From NCBI GenBank assembly GCA_963806225.1, contig CAWDXG010000001.1, positions 1,504,001-1,568,000 on the forward strand: 64,000 bases of DNA, given 5' to 3'. How positions within the stretch are numbered: the first letter of the stretch is position 1; each line of letters begins with the position of its first letter. A program made the position numbers and the translations under genes. Source of the stretch: an uncultured delta proteobacterium (lineage in GTDB: Bacteria; Myxococcota_A; Polyangia; Polyangiales; Polyangiaceae). Of the stretch, positions 20,733 through 30,642 are shown piece by piece. The notes beneath the pieces were generated by a model that saw only the letters and a program-made list of their open reading frames with translations, was not told where the DNA came from and ran no database searches.

Positions 20733-21731
20733 ATGTCGATGCAACACCAGGAGAGCGAAACCGCGGCAGAAGGCACGCCAACGCCGTCTTCGCGGCGCGG
20801 TGCACACTACATCCGGACCACGCGCATGCACGCCGTTCCACGGCCGCCGCAGGGGACGATGGATGAAGAGGACTCGAGCACGCGGTCCGGACCGCTCGCC
20901 CGCGACCGCCATCTACTCACGGTGCTGGTCGGGGACCAGCTCGGCCAGGTGATCCGGCTCGACGGCGACGAGCTTCTGCTCGGTCGCGGAGATCAGGTCG
21001 ACGTACGTCTTGTCGATCCCGGCTTGTCGTGGGTGCACGCACGACTGCGCCGGCTCGAGGACGGCTTCTATCTCGAGGATCTCGCGAGCACCAACGGAAC
21101 CTTTGTCGACGGGAACCGCATCCAGCAGCCCGTGCGGCTGTCGGACGGCGACCGCATCCAGCTCGGCGGGCGTACCACGCTCAAGTTCAGCATCGTGGAC
21201 GAGCTGGAGGAATCAGCGGCGCTCAGGCTCTATGGCTCGATGGTGCACGATGCGCTGACCGGCGTTTTCAATCGTCGCTACCTCGAAGAGCGCCTGTCCA
21301 GTGAAGTGTCGTTCGCCTGTCGCCACGCGACGTCGCTGGCGCTTCTGCTCATCGACGTGGACCACTTCAAGCGGGTCAACGACCTTTTCGGGCACAACGT
21401 AGGAGACGCAACGCTGCGCGTGATCGCCGCTTCGATCCAGCGCATCCTCCGGCCGGAGGACGTGCTGGCCCGCTACGGTGGAGAGGAGTTCGTCGTGCTT
21501 GCGCGCAGCGTCACACCCAGGAACGCGGAGATCCTCGCCGAACGGATCCGCCGCCACGTCGAGGAGCTGGAGCTGGCGCTGGCCGATGAGCTGCCGATGA
21601 GCGTCAGTGTCGGCGTTGCCGTTATCGTGCCGGGGCGCGCGCGTCCGGATGCGGCGGCGCTGCTGAGGACTGCGGACGAGGCCATGTACGAGGCCAAGGC
21701 GCTGGGGCGCAATCGCGTCGTGATCCGGTGA
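20733..21731 (+). CDS. FHA-GGDEF diguanylate cyclase
   Basis: FHA (LGRG, SWVHA, LEDLASTNGTFVDG); GGDEF (DALTG.FNR, DVDHFKRVND.FGH, I-site RPED, GGEEF); start uncertain. Confidence 0.9.
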   Translation: MSMQHQESETAAEGTPTPSSRRGAHYIRTTRMHAVPRPPQGTMDEEDSSTRSGPLARDRHLLTVLVGDQLGQVIRLDGDELLLGRGDQVDVRLVDPGLSWVHARLRRLEDGFYLEDLASTNGTFVDGNRIQQPVRLSDGDRIQLGGRTTLKFSIVDELEESAALRLYGSMVHDALTGVFNRRYLEERLSSEVSFACRHATSLALLLIDVDHFKRVNDLFGHNVGDATLRVIAASIQRILRPEDVLARYGGEEFVVLARSVTPRNAEILAERIRRHVEELELALADELPMSVSVGVAVIVPGRARPDAAALLRTADEAMYEAKALGRNRVVIR

Positions 21732-21851
21732 AACGGCGCAGCTGTCGCGCCCGGGGCAAAAAGTCCTGCAGCGCGTGCGCTGCGGGGCACAACGCTACGC
21801 TCGGGCTTCCTGGAACAAGCCTTGCTATCGTTCTGCGTGGAGGCTTGCGGG

Positions 21852-22304
21852 ATGCTGTGTCGTGATGTGATGAATAACGAGGTCGAGCCCGCTCGCACCG
21901 GACAGACGCTCGACGAGGTGGCGCGAAAAATGCGCGATGCCCAGACCGGATTTCTGCCCGTGTGCGATGGGCAGGGAAAGGTCGTGGGAGTCGTGACCGA
22001 TCGCGACATCACCGTGCGTGCCAGCGCGGAGAAGCTGCCCGTCGACCGGACGCCCGTCGACCGGATCATGACGCGCTCGATCATCGCGTGTTCGGAGGGC
22101 GATCCGCTGTCACGGGTGGGCGAGCTGATGACACAGCATCAGCGCTCGCGCGTCGTAGTTACGGACAGCGATGGGCGCCTGCTGGGCGTGCTGAGCCTGA
22201 CGGACCTGGCGCAGTACGAGGAACCGCTGCACCTCGCGCGCATCCTGCGCCAGATCAGCTCGCGCGAATTCCGCTTCAGGCGCGCGGGCGGCCCGCCCGC
22301 CTGA
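21852..22304 (+). CDS. CBS-domain protein
   Basis: RDVM...GFLPV.D..VVGVVTDRDI; second CBS LLGVLSLTDL. Confidence 0.88.
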   Translation: MLCRDVMNNEVEPARTGQTLDEVARKMRDAQTGFLPVCDGQGKVVGVVTDRDITVRASAEKLPVDRTPVDRIMTRSIIACSEGDPLSRVGELMTQHQRSRVVVTDSDGRLLGVLSLTDLAQYEEPLHLARILRQISSREFRFRRAGGPPA

Positions 22305-22311
22305 ACAAGAA

Positions 22312-22785
22312 CTACTCGGCGGCCTGGCTGGTTTCGACCGGGCGCGGTTCGGTGACGAACGCAAGCGTCTTGACCACGCCAGTCGCACCGAGTGCCAGGC
22401 GCCGTGCCTTCGACTGCGCGAAACGAGCGAGATCAGCCAGCGTCAGCATGCCGACCAGCTGTCCCCACTCGCCGAGGACCGGGACGCGCCGGAGCTGGCG
22501 ATCCTGCATCAGCTCCTCGATGTCCGCCAGGCGATCGCCTTCCGAGCACGAATACACGGTGCGGGACATTGCTTCTTCGACGCGACACTCGTGCAGTGCC
22601 TTGCCGCGCGTGAAAGCGGCCATGCAGATATCGCGGTCGGTGATCATGCCGACTACGCGGGCCTCGGCGTCCACCACGGGCAGACAGCCGCGGTCGTGCT
22701 CCCACATCACCTGTGCGGCCTGGCTCAAGGTGTCATCGGGCGAGCAGGTCTGCACATGGGTGCTCATCAGATCGCGGATTTTCAT
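22312..22785 (-). CDS. CBS-domain protein
   Basis: KIRDLM, GCLPVVD, VVGMITDRDI, RRVPV, LVGMLTLADL. Confidence 0.9.
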   Translation of the reverse strand: MKIRDLMSTHVQTCSPDDTLSQAAQVMWEHDRGCLPVVDAEARVVGMITDRDICMAAFTRGKALHECRVEEAMSRTVYSCSEGDRLADIEELMQDRQLRRVPVLGEWGQLVGMLTLADLARFAQSKARRLALGATGVVKTLAFVTEPRPVETSQAAE

Positions 22786-22901
22786 GTTCGGTCCCCCTCT
22801 TGAACCCTGCTCGCGGGGGCTCCGTCCCCCACGGTGCTCCGCCGGCAGGTTCGATCACTTCTAGCAATCGCCGCGCCAGCCGCCCCTCCGCCGGCGGCGG
22901 G

Positions 22902-23243
22902 TCAAGAGTCGTTGTGTTGTCGCGCCTTGCGGCGTAGCCATACCGCAGCAATTGCCGGGTAGAGCGAGAAGACGACCGCCATGGCCAGCGTACCGAAGGT
23001 TGCGGACGCCACCGTTCCGCCGCGCCCCGCAGAGCCGGGCGCTGGGGCGGGTCCGTGCACGATCGTCACTGCGCCGCCGAGCACACAGACGCTGACGGTC
23101 GCCCAGAACACGCGCGCGGCCAGCCCCGCCAGCCGTTGCATGCGCGCACGTTCCCGAACGCCAGCCGACTGGATGATCAACGCCAGAGAGGCCAGGTTCG
23201 CGGCGACGCACAGGCCTGTGATGACCCACGGTATTACGCGCAT
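22902..23243 (-). CDS. Small membrane protein (about 3 TM segments)
   Basis: Three hydrophobic stretches; fills intergenic gap. Confidence 0.55.
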   Translation of the reverse strand: MRVIPWVITGLCVAANLASLALIIQSAGVRERARMQRLAGLAARVFWATVSVCVLGGAVTIVHGPAPAPGSAGRGGTVASATFGTLAMAVVFSLYPAIAAVWLRRKARQHNDS

Positions 23244-23390
23244 GGGGCGGCTAGCACGTCGTGCAGCTGCAATCGATCTCGATGCTGCCGCCGACGTGCG
23301 CGCACAGGTTGTACGGGCTCAGACAGATCTTGCTCGAGCAGCCGCAGGCCGCCGCGGCCGGAGCGGCGACCAACAGGGTGCCAAGTCTCT

Positions 23391-24587
23391 TCACTTCTTC
23401 TGGCCTTCGTTCGGCGAGTCCGGTTGCGGCGTGACGAAGCGCACCGCCCGCATGCGGCGCTTCATCATGAACGGATGTGCTCCGTGGCGGATCCGGATCG
23501 ATCCGGGCTGTCGCGATACGACGCGTCCCACGAAAGCGTGCAGGCCGAAGCGCGCACCGGAACTTGTTGCGTCGTAGCGCGCGTGGACCAGGTACAGGCC
23601 CGGCTGTGCGAAGGTCCCGCGCGGGCACAGCTCGACGAGGCGGCTGTAGATCGTCATCGAGTGGCCCGCCCTCAGGTAGAGGAAGGCCTGGCGATCCGGC
23701 GCCCGCGCGTCCGGCTGCGGATCGCACGTCTCCAGTCCCTCGGGCCCCATGACCTCGAAGCTCACCAGCTCGCGCCGCAGGAAGAAATGCACGCCGTGCT
23801 TGGAGCGGTTCTTGAGACGCACCGCGATGGTGGCCGTCCGTTCCCGCGAAGCGTCGGAACCCCGCGAGATCGTCAGCTCGAGCGGTCCGGTCGGAGCGTC
23901 CTCGGTGTCCTTGCCGATGCGCGTGGACGACCACTCGGCGTAGGTGGAGCGCAGGGCGAAGGGTTCGGCTTCGAGCTCCTTCACGCTGTGTGCGGCGTCG
24001 TCCTCGTCGTGTGCGTGATGACGCTGGGGTGGGGGACCGGCGACGAACGGCGCGGACTGTTTCTTGGCGGGCTCCTTGATCAGACGGCCGTGGCGCCAGA
24101 GCTTCTTCTTCTTCTCGGGCCAGCCGAAATGCGGCGTCACGAACGCGCCGGGCACCAGCCGCCACTGGCCTCCGGAAGCGAAGCAGTACAGCCGTGGGTC
24201 GAAGGAGTGCACGACGCCCTCGCCGGGCCGGAGCACGACCTTGGCGCTGTCCGCGGGTCGGGACGGGAAGAGGCCGTGCGGCAGTCGACAGGTCTGGGTC
24301 CGTCGCTTGCCCGGTACGCGAACCTCGAACCACAGCAGCGAGGGATCGGCCACCAGCAGCGAGCGTTCGTGTCCCCGGTTCACGATGGACATGCGCCACG
24401 GCAATCCGGGGCCCTCTTCAGAGACGTCGAGCCGGAGCCCGCGGTCGGACTCGGCCGGCGTTGGCTGGTCGGCGCTGGATCGCGGCTTGGCCGCACCGGC
24501 CGCACCAGATCCCGGCCCCGCTAGTGCCGGGACCGGAAGCAGCGCTGCTGCGCCGACCAGCACCGTACGCACCAACACGGCTCTCAT
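23391..24587 (-). CDS. Secreted hypothetical protein (two beta-rich domains)
   Basis: Signal peptide MRAVLVRTVLVGAAALLPVPALA; 3' part of ORF 23391..26762. Confidence 0.7.
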   Translation of the reverse strand: MRAVLVRTVLVGAAALLPVPALAGPGSGAAGAAKPRSSADQPTPAESDRGLRLDVSEEGPGLPWRMSIVNRGHERSLLVADPSLLWFEVRVPGKRRTQTCRLPHGLFPSRPADSAKVVLRPGEGVVHSFDPRLYCFASGGQWRLVPGAFVTPHFGWPEKKKKLWRHGRLIKEPAKKQSAPFVAGPPPQRHHAHDEDDAAHSVKELEAEPFALRSTYAEWSSTRIGKDTEDAPTGPLELTISRGSDASRERTATIAVRLKNRSKHGVHFFLRRELVSFEVMGPEGLETCDPQPDARAPDRQAFLYLRAGHSMTIYSRLVELCPRGTFAQPGLYLVHARYDATSSGARFGLHAFVGRVVSRQPGSIRIRHGAHPFMMKRRMRAVRFVTPQPDSPNEGQKK

Positions 24588-24683
24588 CCGTTGATCCGTA
24601 GCACATCCCCGGGCGGCGCCGCGAGCCACGGCGAGCGCGTTCTCCGGCTGGAACGCAGCCATTTCCCGGCTACTGTGCGGTCC

Positions 24684-25358
24684 ATGCGGCAGCCAGCGGT
24701 TCCCGGGCCGGCTCCGGTGCTCCGGACAGGGCTCTATCCGATCGTCGACGTGGGTACGCTCGAGCGCCGGGGGATCGGCATCCTCGACTTTGCTCTGCGC
24801 GTCATCGAGAAGCGTCCGCCACTTCTGCAACTGCGCGCGAAGCAGACCGACGCGCGCGAGACTCTGGCGCTGCTCCGCGCACTGCGCGGGCCGACCCGCG
24901 CAGCGGGCGTGGCGCTGTTCGCCAACGATCGTCCGGATCTCGCGCTGCTCGCGGAGTGTGACGGCGTGCACGTGGGGCAGACCGACCTGGGCATCGAGGA
25001 CGTGCGGCGCGTGGCGCCCGGGCTCGCCGTCGGCGTATCGACGCACGACGCGGATCAACTCGCGCTGGCGCTGGCGGCGCGACCCGACTACGTCGCGTTC
25101 GGTCCGGTGTTCGCGACGCGGTCCAAGGCGGTGCCCGATCCGGTCGTGGGTCTGGACGGACTCTCCCGTGCCGCGGAGTCCGCGCGCCGCGCCGGCGTCG
25201 CGCTGGTCGCGATCGGCGGCATCGATGCAGACACCGTGCGTCAGGTCGGCAGCCTGGGAGCCATGGCCGCGGTGATCGGCGCGCTCCTGCCGGCCTCCAC
25301 CGATCTCGACGAAGTCAGCGCGCGCTACCTGGCCCTGATGGAAGCGCTCGACGCATGA
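24684..25358 (+). CDS. thiE: Thiamine-phosphate synthase
   Basis: LQLRAK, NDRPDLA, DGVHVGQTD, GVSTH, DYVAFGPVFATRSK, VAIGGI. Confidence 0.92.
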   Translation: MRQPAVPGPAPVLRTGLYPIVDVGTLERRGIGILDFALRVIEKRPPLLQLRAKQTDARETLALLRALRGPTRAAGVALFANDRPDLALLAECDGVHVGQTDLGIEDVRRVAPGLAVGVSTHDADQLALALAARPDYVAFGPVFATRSKAVPDPVVGLDGLSRAAESARRAGVALVAIGGIDADTVRQVGSLGAMAAVIGALLPASTDLDEVSARYLALMEALDA

Positions 25359-25936
25359 GCCTCGTCGTCGTGGCGCTTCTGGTCGGAGGTGGCGCGCTGG
25401 CAGTGAGCGCGCTCCTGACCCGCCGTCGCCGCTCGACGAAGCGGCCGGAAGAGCCGCCTGCGCTGCCCGCGCCGGAGCTTTCCGGGTTTCCGGTGGCGTT
25501 GGGCGACGTGATCTCGGTTGCCGGCGAGGAGGCCTGGCTCGAGCAGGGCTGGCTGCTCGAAGAAGCAGGCGCCGCCGTCGCCGCGGTGCTGTTCGCGGGC
25601 GACGTGATTGTGCTCGCACTGCCGTCGCCGCGCTCCGTGCTGTACTGGCTGTCGGCCGCCAGCCCGCCCTCGATTGCCGGCGAGCCTCCGCCCAGCCTGG
25701 ACGTGGACGGGGAACACTTCGAACGCGCGCGCCGCATTCCCGTCGCGGTGCGGACGCTCGGCAGGGCTGCCGACCCGCCCTGGGACAGCGCGCTCCTGGC
25801 CGAGTACCGCGCGCTCGGCGGTGTCGTGCTCTGGATGCTCGCGCGCGACGCCCGGGCGATCTGCTGGAGTGGCCGCCGGGTCGAGGACAGCGATCTCGAG
25901 AACTGGGGCGGCGGCGCGTCGACGCTCGGGGAGTAG
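25355..25936 (+). CDS. Hypothetical protein with N-terminal membrane anchor
   Basis: ATGA overlap with thiE; hydrophobic N-terminus followed by basic residues. Confidence 0.65.
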   Translation: MSLVVVALLVGGGALAVSALLTRRRRSTKRPEEPPALPAPELSGFPVALGDVISVAGEEAWLEQGWLLEEAGAAVAAVLFAGDVIVLALPSPRSVLYWLSAASPPSIAGEPPPSLDVDGEHFERARRIPVAVRTLGRAADPPWDSALLAEYRALGGVVLWMLARDARAICWSGRRVEDSDLENWGGGASTLGE

Positions 25937-25942
25937 CGCCCT

Positions 25943-26914
25943 TCAGGCGCGCCGGAGCCGGGACACCATGGCCTCGAGCGCGAGCGCCGGCTGCACGTTC
26001 CGCTCGACTTCCGCGAGGGTCCCGAGCACGACTTCGTAGCAGCGCGCGGCGCGCTCGGCGGCCGCGGGGTCGTCGGCCACGCTCTGCCGGCCCCGCATAG
26101 CAAACGCATGTGCCAGGAAGGCCAGCTGATCCTTCAGCGCGTCGCGCCCCTGCGGGCGCGCGTCGGCGATGCCGATGGCCGACGCCAGATCGGGTGCGTC
26201 GATCGCCTCGAACGCGCCGTCGACAAACTCCCTGCGGGCGCGCATGGCGTCCTCTTCCGACAGCTCGAGTGCCAGTGACGCGCTGCCCTGCGCCATCGGC
26301 GCTACCGCCGGGTCTGCGCCGTGTGCGGTCAGTATCTGCGCGACGAGCTCGTCCGGCAGGGGTCCGAAGCGCACCGCGAGCGTGCGCGACAGCACCGTGT
26401 CGAGCAAGCGGTTGGGACGGCTGGTCAAGAGCACGAAGTGGGTGCGGTCCCCCGGTTCTTCGAGCGTCTTGAGCAGCGCGTTGGCTGCCTGGGGCGTGAG
26501 CTCCTCGGCGTCGCGCACGATGAACACCAGCGCGCGCCCCTCGTGCGGCGGGTAGCCAGCGCGGCCCAGTACCATGCGCCTGACCTGCTCCACGCTGATG
26601 CCGGTGGCTTCCGAGGCGCTGATGATGGAGCTCGGGTACAGGCCGCGCTGCACCAGCACCACGTCGGGGTGCTGCGGCACCCGCGGCTCGTCCCCGGAAA
26701 AGGTGATCGCGCGGCGGCAGGCGCTGCACTCGCCGCACGCGAGGGGCCCGCCGCGCTCGCACACGAGCGCCTGGGCCAGCGCAAAGGCCGCCATCTCCTT
26801 GCCGACTCCGGCAGGACCCTGGAATCGGTAGGCATGGTGCACGTGCCGCGATTCGAGCGCGCGCACCAGCGTCTGGATGGCCGAGTCCTGGGCCTGGATG
26901 TCGCCGAACGCCAT
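25943..26914 (-). CDS. holB: DNA polymerase III delta' subunit
   Basis: HAYRFQGPAGVGK, C...ACGECSAC zinc module, HPD, AANALLKTLEEP, LLDTVLSR. Confidence 0.92.
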   Translation of the reverse strand: MAFGDIQAQDSAIQTLVRALESRHVHHAYRFQGPAGVGKEMAAFALAQALVCERGGPLACGECSACRRAITFSGDEPRVPQHPDVVLVQRGLYPSSIISASEATGISVEQVRRMVLGRAGYPPHEGRALVFIVRDAEELTPQAANALLKTLEEPGDRTHFVLLTSRPNRLLDTVLSRTLAVRFGPLPDELVAQILTAHGADPAVAPMAQGSASLALELSEEDAMRARREFVDGAFEAIDAPDLASAIGIADARPQGRDALKDQLAFLAHAFAMRGRQSVADDPAAAERAARCYEVVLGTLAEVERNVQPALALEAMVSRLRRA

Positions 26915-28083
26915 TACTGCTCGCCGCCCTGGGCCAGCGCGCCGGACTCGACCAGTCCGGGCCAGCTGTCGACGTAGTGGGACGGCGCGCCCGGTTTCGA
27001 CACGTCGACCCACATCGGATGACCGGTGCCGAAGGGCCGCACGTCCACGTGCACGAAGCGGTGGTTCGGATAGTACCCGCAGCCCACGTCGTGGAGCTTG
27101 TCGTGGCAGAACCGGAACAGCGACTCGTTCGGCACGCCGCGCACGAACAGATCGATGGCGCGGCCCTTGTCGTGGTAGCTGGTCGCGGCTTCGCGCCGGT
27201 ATCCGCTCACCACGTAGATTGTCCGCCAGGGAAACGCTGCCGCGATGCGTTGGAGCACCCACAAGAGCCGCGGGTGCAGCATCTTGACCCCCGGCACCCA
27301 TTCGCCGGCCGTGCCGCTCGACGGATCGGGCTCGAGCGGCAGCGGCAGCGCCGGACGCGGCACACCCGGAGGGCGGGCGATCACGCTCAGCCGATCCAGC
27401 GCTCCAGGCGCGATCGAGCCGTCGCATTGCAGCAGCTTGAAGCGATCGGATTCGCCGTCGTAGCGCGCGAACGTCACCGGTCGCACGCGCTTCCACGGCG
27501 GGCAGCGCCGCGTCCGCGTGACACCGAGCAGCTCCGGTTCGGGTGCGGTCACGAGGTCCGCCGGGGTACCGGAGAGCAGTTCCATCAGCGCGGCGGGCAG
27601 AGGTGCAACGGCTCCGGGGCTGCTCAACGAGAGCGCCGGACCGTGTGGCGCGAAGGCCTGGACCGGCGTGGGCCGCGTCACTTCGCAGGAGGTCGGATTC
27701 CATGCCAGCCGCGGCCAGGGCGCCCAGCTCCGGACTCCGAAGCGACCATGGAAATAGCGACGCCACGCCGGGACCCGCTCCGTGCCCGGAGACAGATACC
27801 GCTCCAGCAGCGGCCGCTCATCGAGCCCGTAGCGCCGATCGTGCTCGATGCCACCGAGCAGCCACGCGGTGGGGGACAAGGGGAGCAGAGCGTCGAGCGA
27901 CAGCGGCTCGGGAGGTGGCACCTGTCGTGGCGAGCGCGGCGCGGGAGACCATATCGAGCGCGCCGGCACCGCGGTAGCCCGCGTGCTCAGCGCGAACAGC
28001 AGAGCCGAGACCCCAAGAGCCGGCAGCGCGGCCCAGCGCCGAAGCGGGCGCGGGCGCAGGCGCCTGGCTCTATCGCGTGTCAC
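26914..28083 (-). CDS. Secreted peptidase M15/DUF882 (YcbK-like) protein
   Basis: HPRLL..L..I, VVSGYR, SYH..GRAID, GCGYYP...FVHVDVR. Confidence 0.82.
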   Translation of the reverse strand: MTRDRARRLRPRPLRRWAALPALGVSALLFALSTRATAVPARSIWSPAPRSPRQVPPPEPLSLDALLPLSPTAWLLGGIEHDRRYGLDERPLLERYLSPGTERVPAWRRYFHGRFGVRSWAPWPRLAWNPTSCEVTRPTPVQAFAPHGPALSLSSPGAVAPLPAALMELLSGTPADLVTAPEPELLGVTRTRRCPPWKRVRPVTFARYDGESDRFKLLQCDGSIAPGALDRLSVIARPPGVPRPALPLPLEPDPSSGTAGEWVPGVKMLHPRLLWVLQRIAAAFPWRTIYVVSGYRREAATSYHDKGRAIDLFVRGVPNESLFRFCHDKLHDVGCGYYPNHRFVHVDVRPFGTGHPMWVDVSKPGAPSHYVDSWPGLVESGALAQGGEQ

Positions 28084-28100
28084 CAGGGAGGAACATGCAT

Positions 28101-28131
28101 CGTCGCCGCGACGATTTCAATCGCGGCGACG
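28101..28131. terminator. Perfect 11-bp-stem hairpin downstream of the TetR gene
   Basis: cgtcgccgcga-N9-tcgcggcgacg. Confidence 0.5.
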
Positions 28132-28153
28132 TGATGCTGTGCGCGGGTACGCT

Positions 28154-28837
28154 TCAGGCCTGCGGGCCCTGATGCTCGTACTGCTGCAGGCCGAGCTTCA
28201 GCAGGTACAGGAACAGGTCGTAGGCCTCTTTCGCGTTGACTTCCTCGCCTTCGAGGTAGTCGCTGACGGCCAGGCCGTTGACCGTGGCGAGGATCAACGT
28301 GGATAGCGCGTCCACGTTGGGGAAGCTCTGCGCCTGCGAGCCGAGCACGTCCGAGACGCCCTCCCTGATGAGCTTGCGCGCATCCCGCTGCAGGCCGGCT
28401 GCGCGGCGCTTGAGCTCCGGGTCGCGGCGCGACGCGCTCCACACCTCGATGTTGAGGCCGGTGCCCGTCTTGTTGGTCTGCACGACCTCCCACAGGGACC
28501 CGAGAGCGCTCATCATGCGGGGCGACGAGCCGTCGCCCGAGACGCGGATGGCGTCTTTCACCTTGTCCAGGTACTTGTGATACGAGTAGCTCTGCACCTC
28601 ATGGATGAGGGCGGCTTTGCTCGCGAAGTAGTAGTGCACGATGCTCTTGCGGAGGCCGAGCTCCTTGCCGATCTCCGCGAGGGTGGTGGCACTGAAGCCC
28701 TTGCGAGCGAAGCACTTGGCGGCCGCCGACAGGATGGCGGAGACGCGCGGGTTGTCCCAGTCCACCGCGCGCGGAGCAGCAGAGTTGTCGTGGGATTCGG
28801 TGTCGGTTGACGGGGCAGTTTCTGCAGTGTTCATCAT
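28154..28837 (-). CDS. TetR/AcrR family regulator
   Basis: AILSAAAKCFARKGFSATTLAEIGKELGLRKSIVHYYFASK. Confidence 0.9.
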   Translation of the reverse strand: MMNTAETAPSTDTESHDNSAAPRAVDWDNPRVSAILSAAAKCFARKGFSATTLAEIGKELGLRKSIVHYYFASKAALIHEVQSYSYHKYLDKVKDAIRVSGDGSSPRMMSALGSLWEVVQTNKTGTGLNIEVWSASRRDPELKRRAAGLQRDARKLIREGVSDVLGSQAQSFPNVDALSTLILATVNGLAVSDYLEGEEVNAKEAYDLFLYLLKLGLQQYEHQGPQA

Positions 28838-29015
28838 GATCGTTTTTGGGGCCGGCTAGCCGGTCTGGTTTCGCTGGATCTGAGCGTCGGTCTGGGCCAT
28901 GTCAGGCGGGCCCACGGTCGGCCCTCCGGTCGTCCGGCCTTCTTGCGCACCTCCACCCACAAGTCAAGGGGCGAGAAGGCATAAATCGGGTATTTCGCGC
29001 GGCATGCAGCGGAAT

Positions 29016-29544
29016 TCAGAGGGATTTCGGCGGCCGGGCCGAGGGCCCGCCGAACATACGCCGCAGACACGACAGGAATTCCTCGGCGGGCGAAATCACC
29101 AGCCAACCGGGGCTCCACGGCGGGCCCATCGCGTCGGTCTTGGCGCTGGTGATTTCGATCCAGGGCCTCGTCGAGCGAAAGCCCGGATCGGCACAACCAG
29201 GCCGCCACGACGCTCACGCTGCGGCTCATTCCGGCGGCGCAGTGCACCAGCACGTTCCCGTGCTTGATCCGCCGCTCCACGAACGGCACCACCACGCCCA
29301 GCGCCCGCTCGAGCTCCTCTTCGCCCGCTCCACCGTCCGCAATCGGGATCTGCAGCCATTCCGTATTCCTGTGCCGAGGCCCCTCGAGCGGCCGAGCCAG
29401 TGTCAGCGGCATGGGGCACAGGGACACAACACCTGCGAACGGCGCGAGCTTCCCTTCGGGCTCGAGAACCTGCTCCTCGCCGCCGAGGGCGGCCTCGCCG
29501 GAGCGGTAATCACCGAGATACAGGCGGGATTCGATCTTCCACAA
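29016..29544 (-). CDS. Dual-specificity protein phosphatase, apparent frameshift near 29155
   Basis: LYLG, IPIAD, VLVHCAAGMSRS (HCX5R); plausible C-terminus continues in another frame to TGA at 29016. Confidence 0.8.
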
Positions 29545-29583
29545 ACCGTCGCCGATCCTGACACAAACCCGCGCGCAAGGCTC

Positions 29584-30612
29584 CTATGGCGGAAGGAGCA
29601 CGATGCGACCCACCACCGCCCGGTCCGCCAGCAGCCGGTGGGCGTCGGCAGCCTGCTCCAGCGGCAGGGTCCGGTCGATGGCGATCTCGAGCTCGCCCCG
29701 CCTCATCAGCTCGAAGCAGTCGGCGAGGTCGCCTGGCGTGTAGCCGTGGCCGCCCACGATCCGGTAGCCGTACAGGATCATCGCGCCCGGGTTCACGCTG
29801 ACCCGATCCATCTGGATATTGCCGATCAGCGACAGCCGGCCCCGCGGGCGCAGGCTGCGCAGCGACGAGCCGAAGGTGGCGCTGCCGGTCAGCTCGAGCG
29901 CCACATCCACGCCGCCTCCGCTCAGCCGCCGCACCTCCTCGTGGAAGCGCCCGTCCGGGCTGACCACGACCTCGTGCGCGCCGCGGGCGCGGAGCCCCTC
30001 CGCTTTCTGCTCGTTGCCGGTCACCGCGATCACGCGCGCGCCCATGTGCCGGGCGATCTGGATCGCCGGGGTCCCGACGCCGCCGCTGGCGCCCGTGATC
30101 AAGATCGTCTCGCCCAGCGCCAGCTGCGCATCATGCCGCAGCGCCCTGAGCGCGACGCCTGCGGTGCACCCGACCGGCGCGGCCTGCAGGAACGGGATCT
30201 CCGGCGGGATCTTCACCAGCGCGCGCTCGTGCGCCACGACGCGCTGGGCGTACGCGCCGTTGACGGTGTGCCCGAAGCTCTGCCAGGCGCGCTCGCAGTC
30301 CACCTGCTCGCCCACCAGGCAGCTTGCGCAGGATCCGCAGAAGGGACGGTGCAGGTTGGCGACGCGATCGCCCGTCGAGATTTCCGTCACCCCCGTGCCG
30401 ACCGCAAGGACCTCGCCGGCGAACTCGTGCCCCAGGACGGTCGGCAGCTTCATCATCGGGAAGCCGCCCTGTCGATCGATCAGGTCGCGCCCGCACACGC
30501 CGACGGCGTGCACGCGCACCAGCACCTCGCCGTCTCCCGGCTCCGGGTCGTCGATCTCCCGGTAGTGGAACTCTTCCGGTCCCCCCGTCCTGTCGAGCAC
30601 GACCGCGTGCAT
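29584..30612 (-). CDS. Zinc-binding medium-chain dehydrogenase/reductase (enoyl-CoA reductase AibC/acryloyl-CoA reductase-like)
   Basis: GVCGRD, LGHEFAG, CGSCASC...C, ITGASGGVG, VNPG, VGRIVLLP. Confidence 0.88.
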   Translation of the reverse strand: MHAVVLDRTGGPEEFHYREIDDPEPGDGEVLVRVHAVGVCGRDLIDRQGGFPMMKLPTVLGHEFAGEVLAVGTGVTEISTGDRVANLHRPFCGSCASCLVGEQVDCERAWQSFGHTVNGAYAQRVVAHERALVKIPPEIPFLQAAPVGCTAGVALRALRHDAQLALGETILITGASGGVGTPAIQIARHMGARVIAVTGNEQKAEGLRARGAHEVVVSPDGRFHEEVRRLSGGGVDVALELTGSATFGSSLRSLRPRGRLSLIGNIQMDRVSVNPGAMILYGYRIVGGHGYTPGDLADCFELMRRGELEIAIDRTLPLEQAADAHRLLADRAVVGRIVLLPP

Positions 30613-30642
30613 GGTTCCGCTCTGCCGTAGCGGAAAGACCCG

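Noticed and set aside
23391..26762. 1123-aa ORF on the minus strand
   Set aside because: The upstream two thirds overlap thiE, its neighbour and holB in shadow frames; only the part from 24587 looks like a real gene
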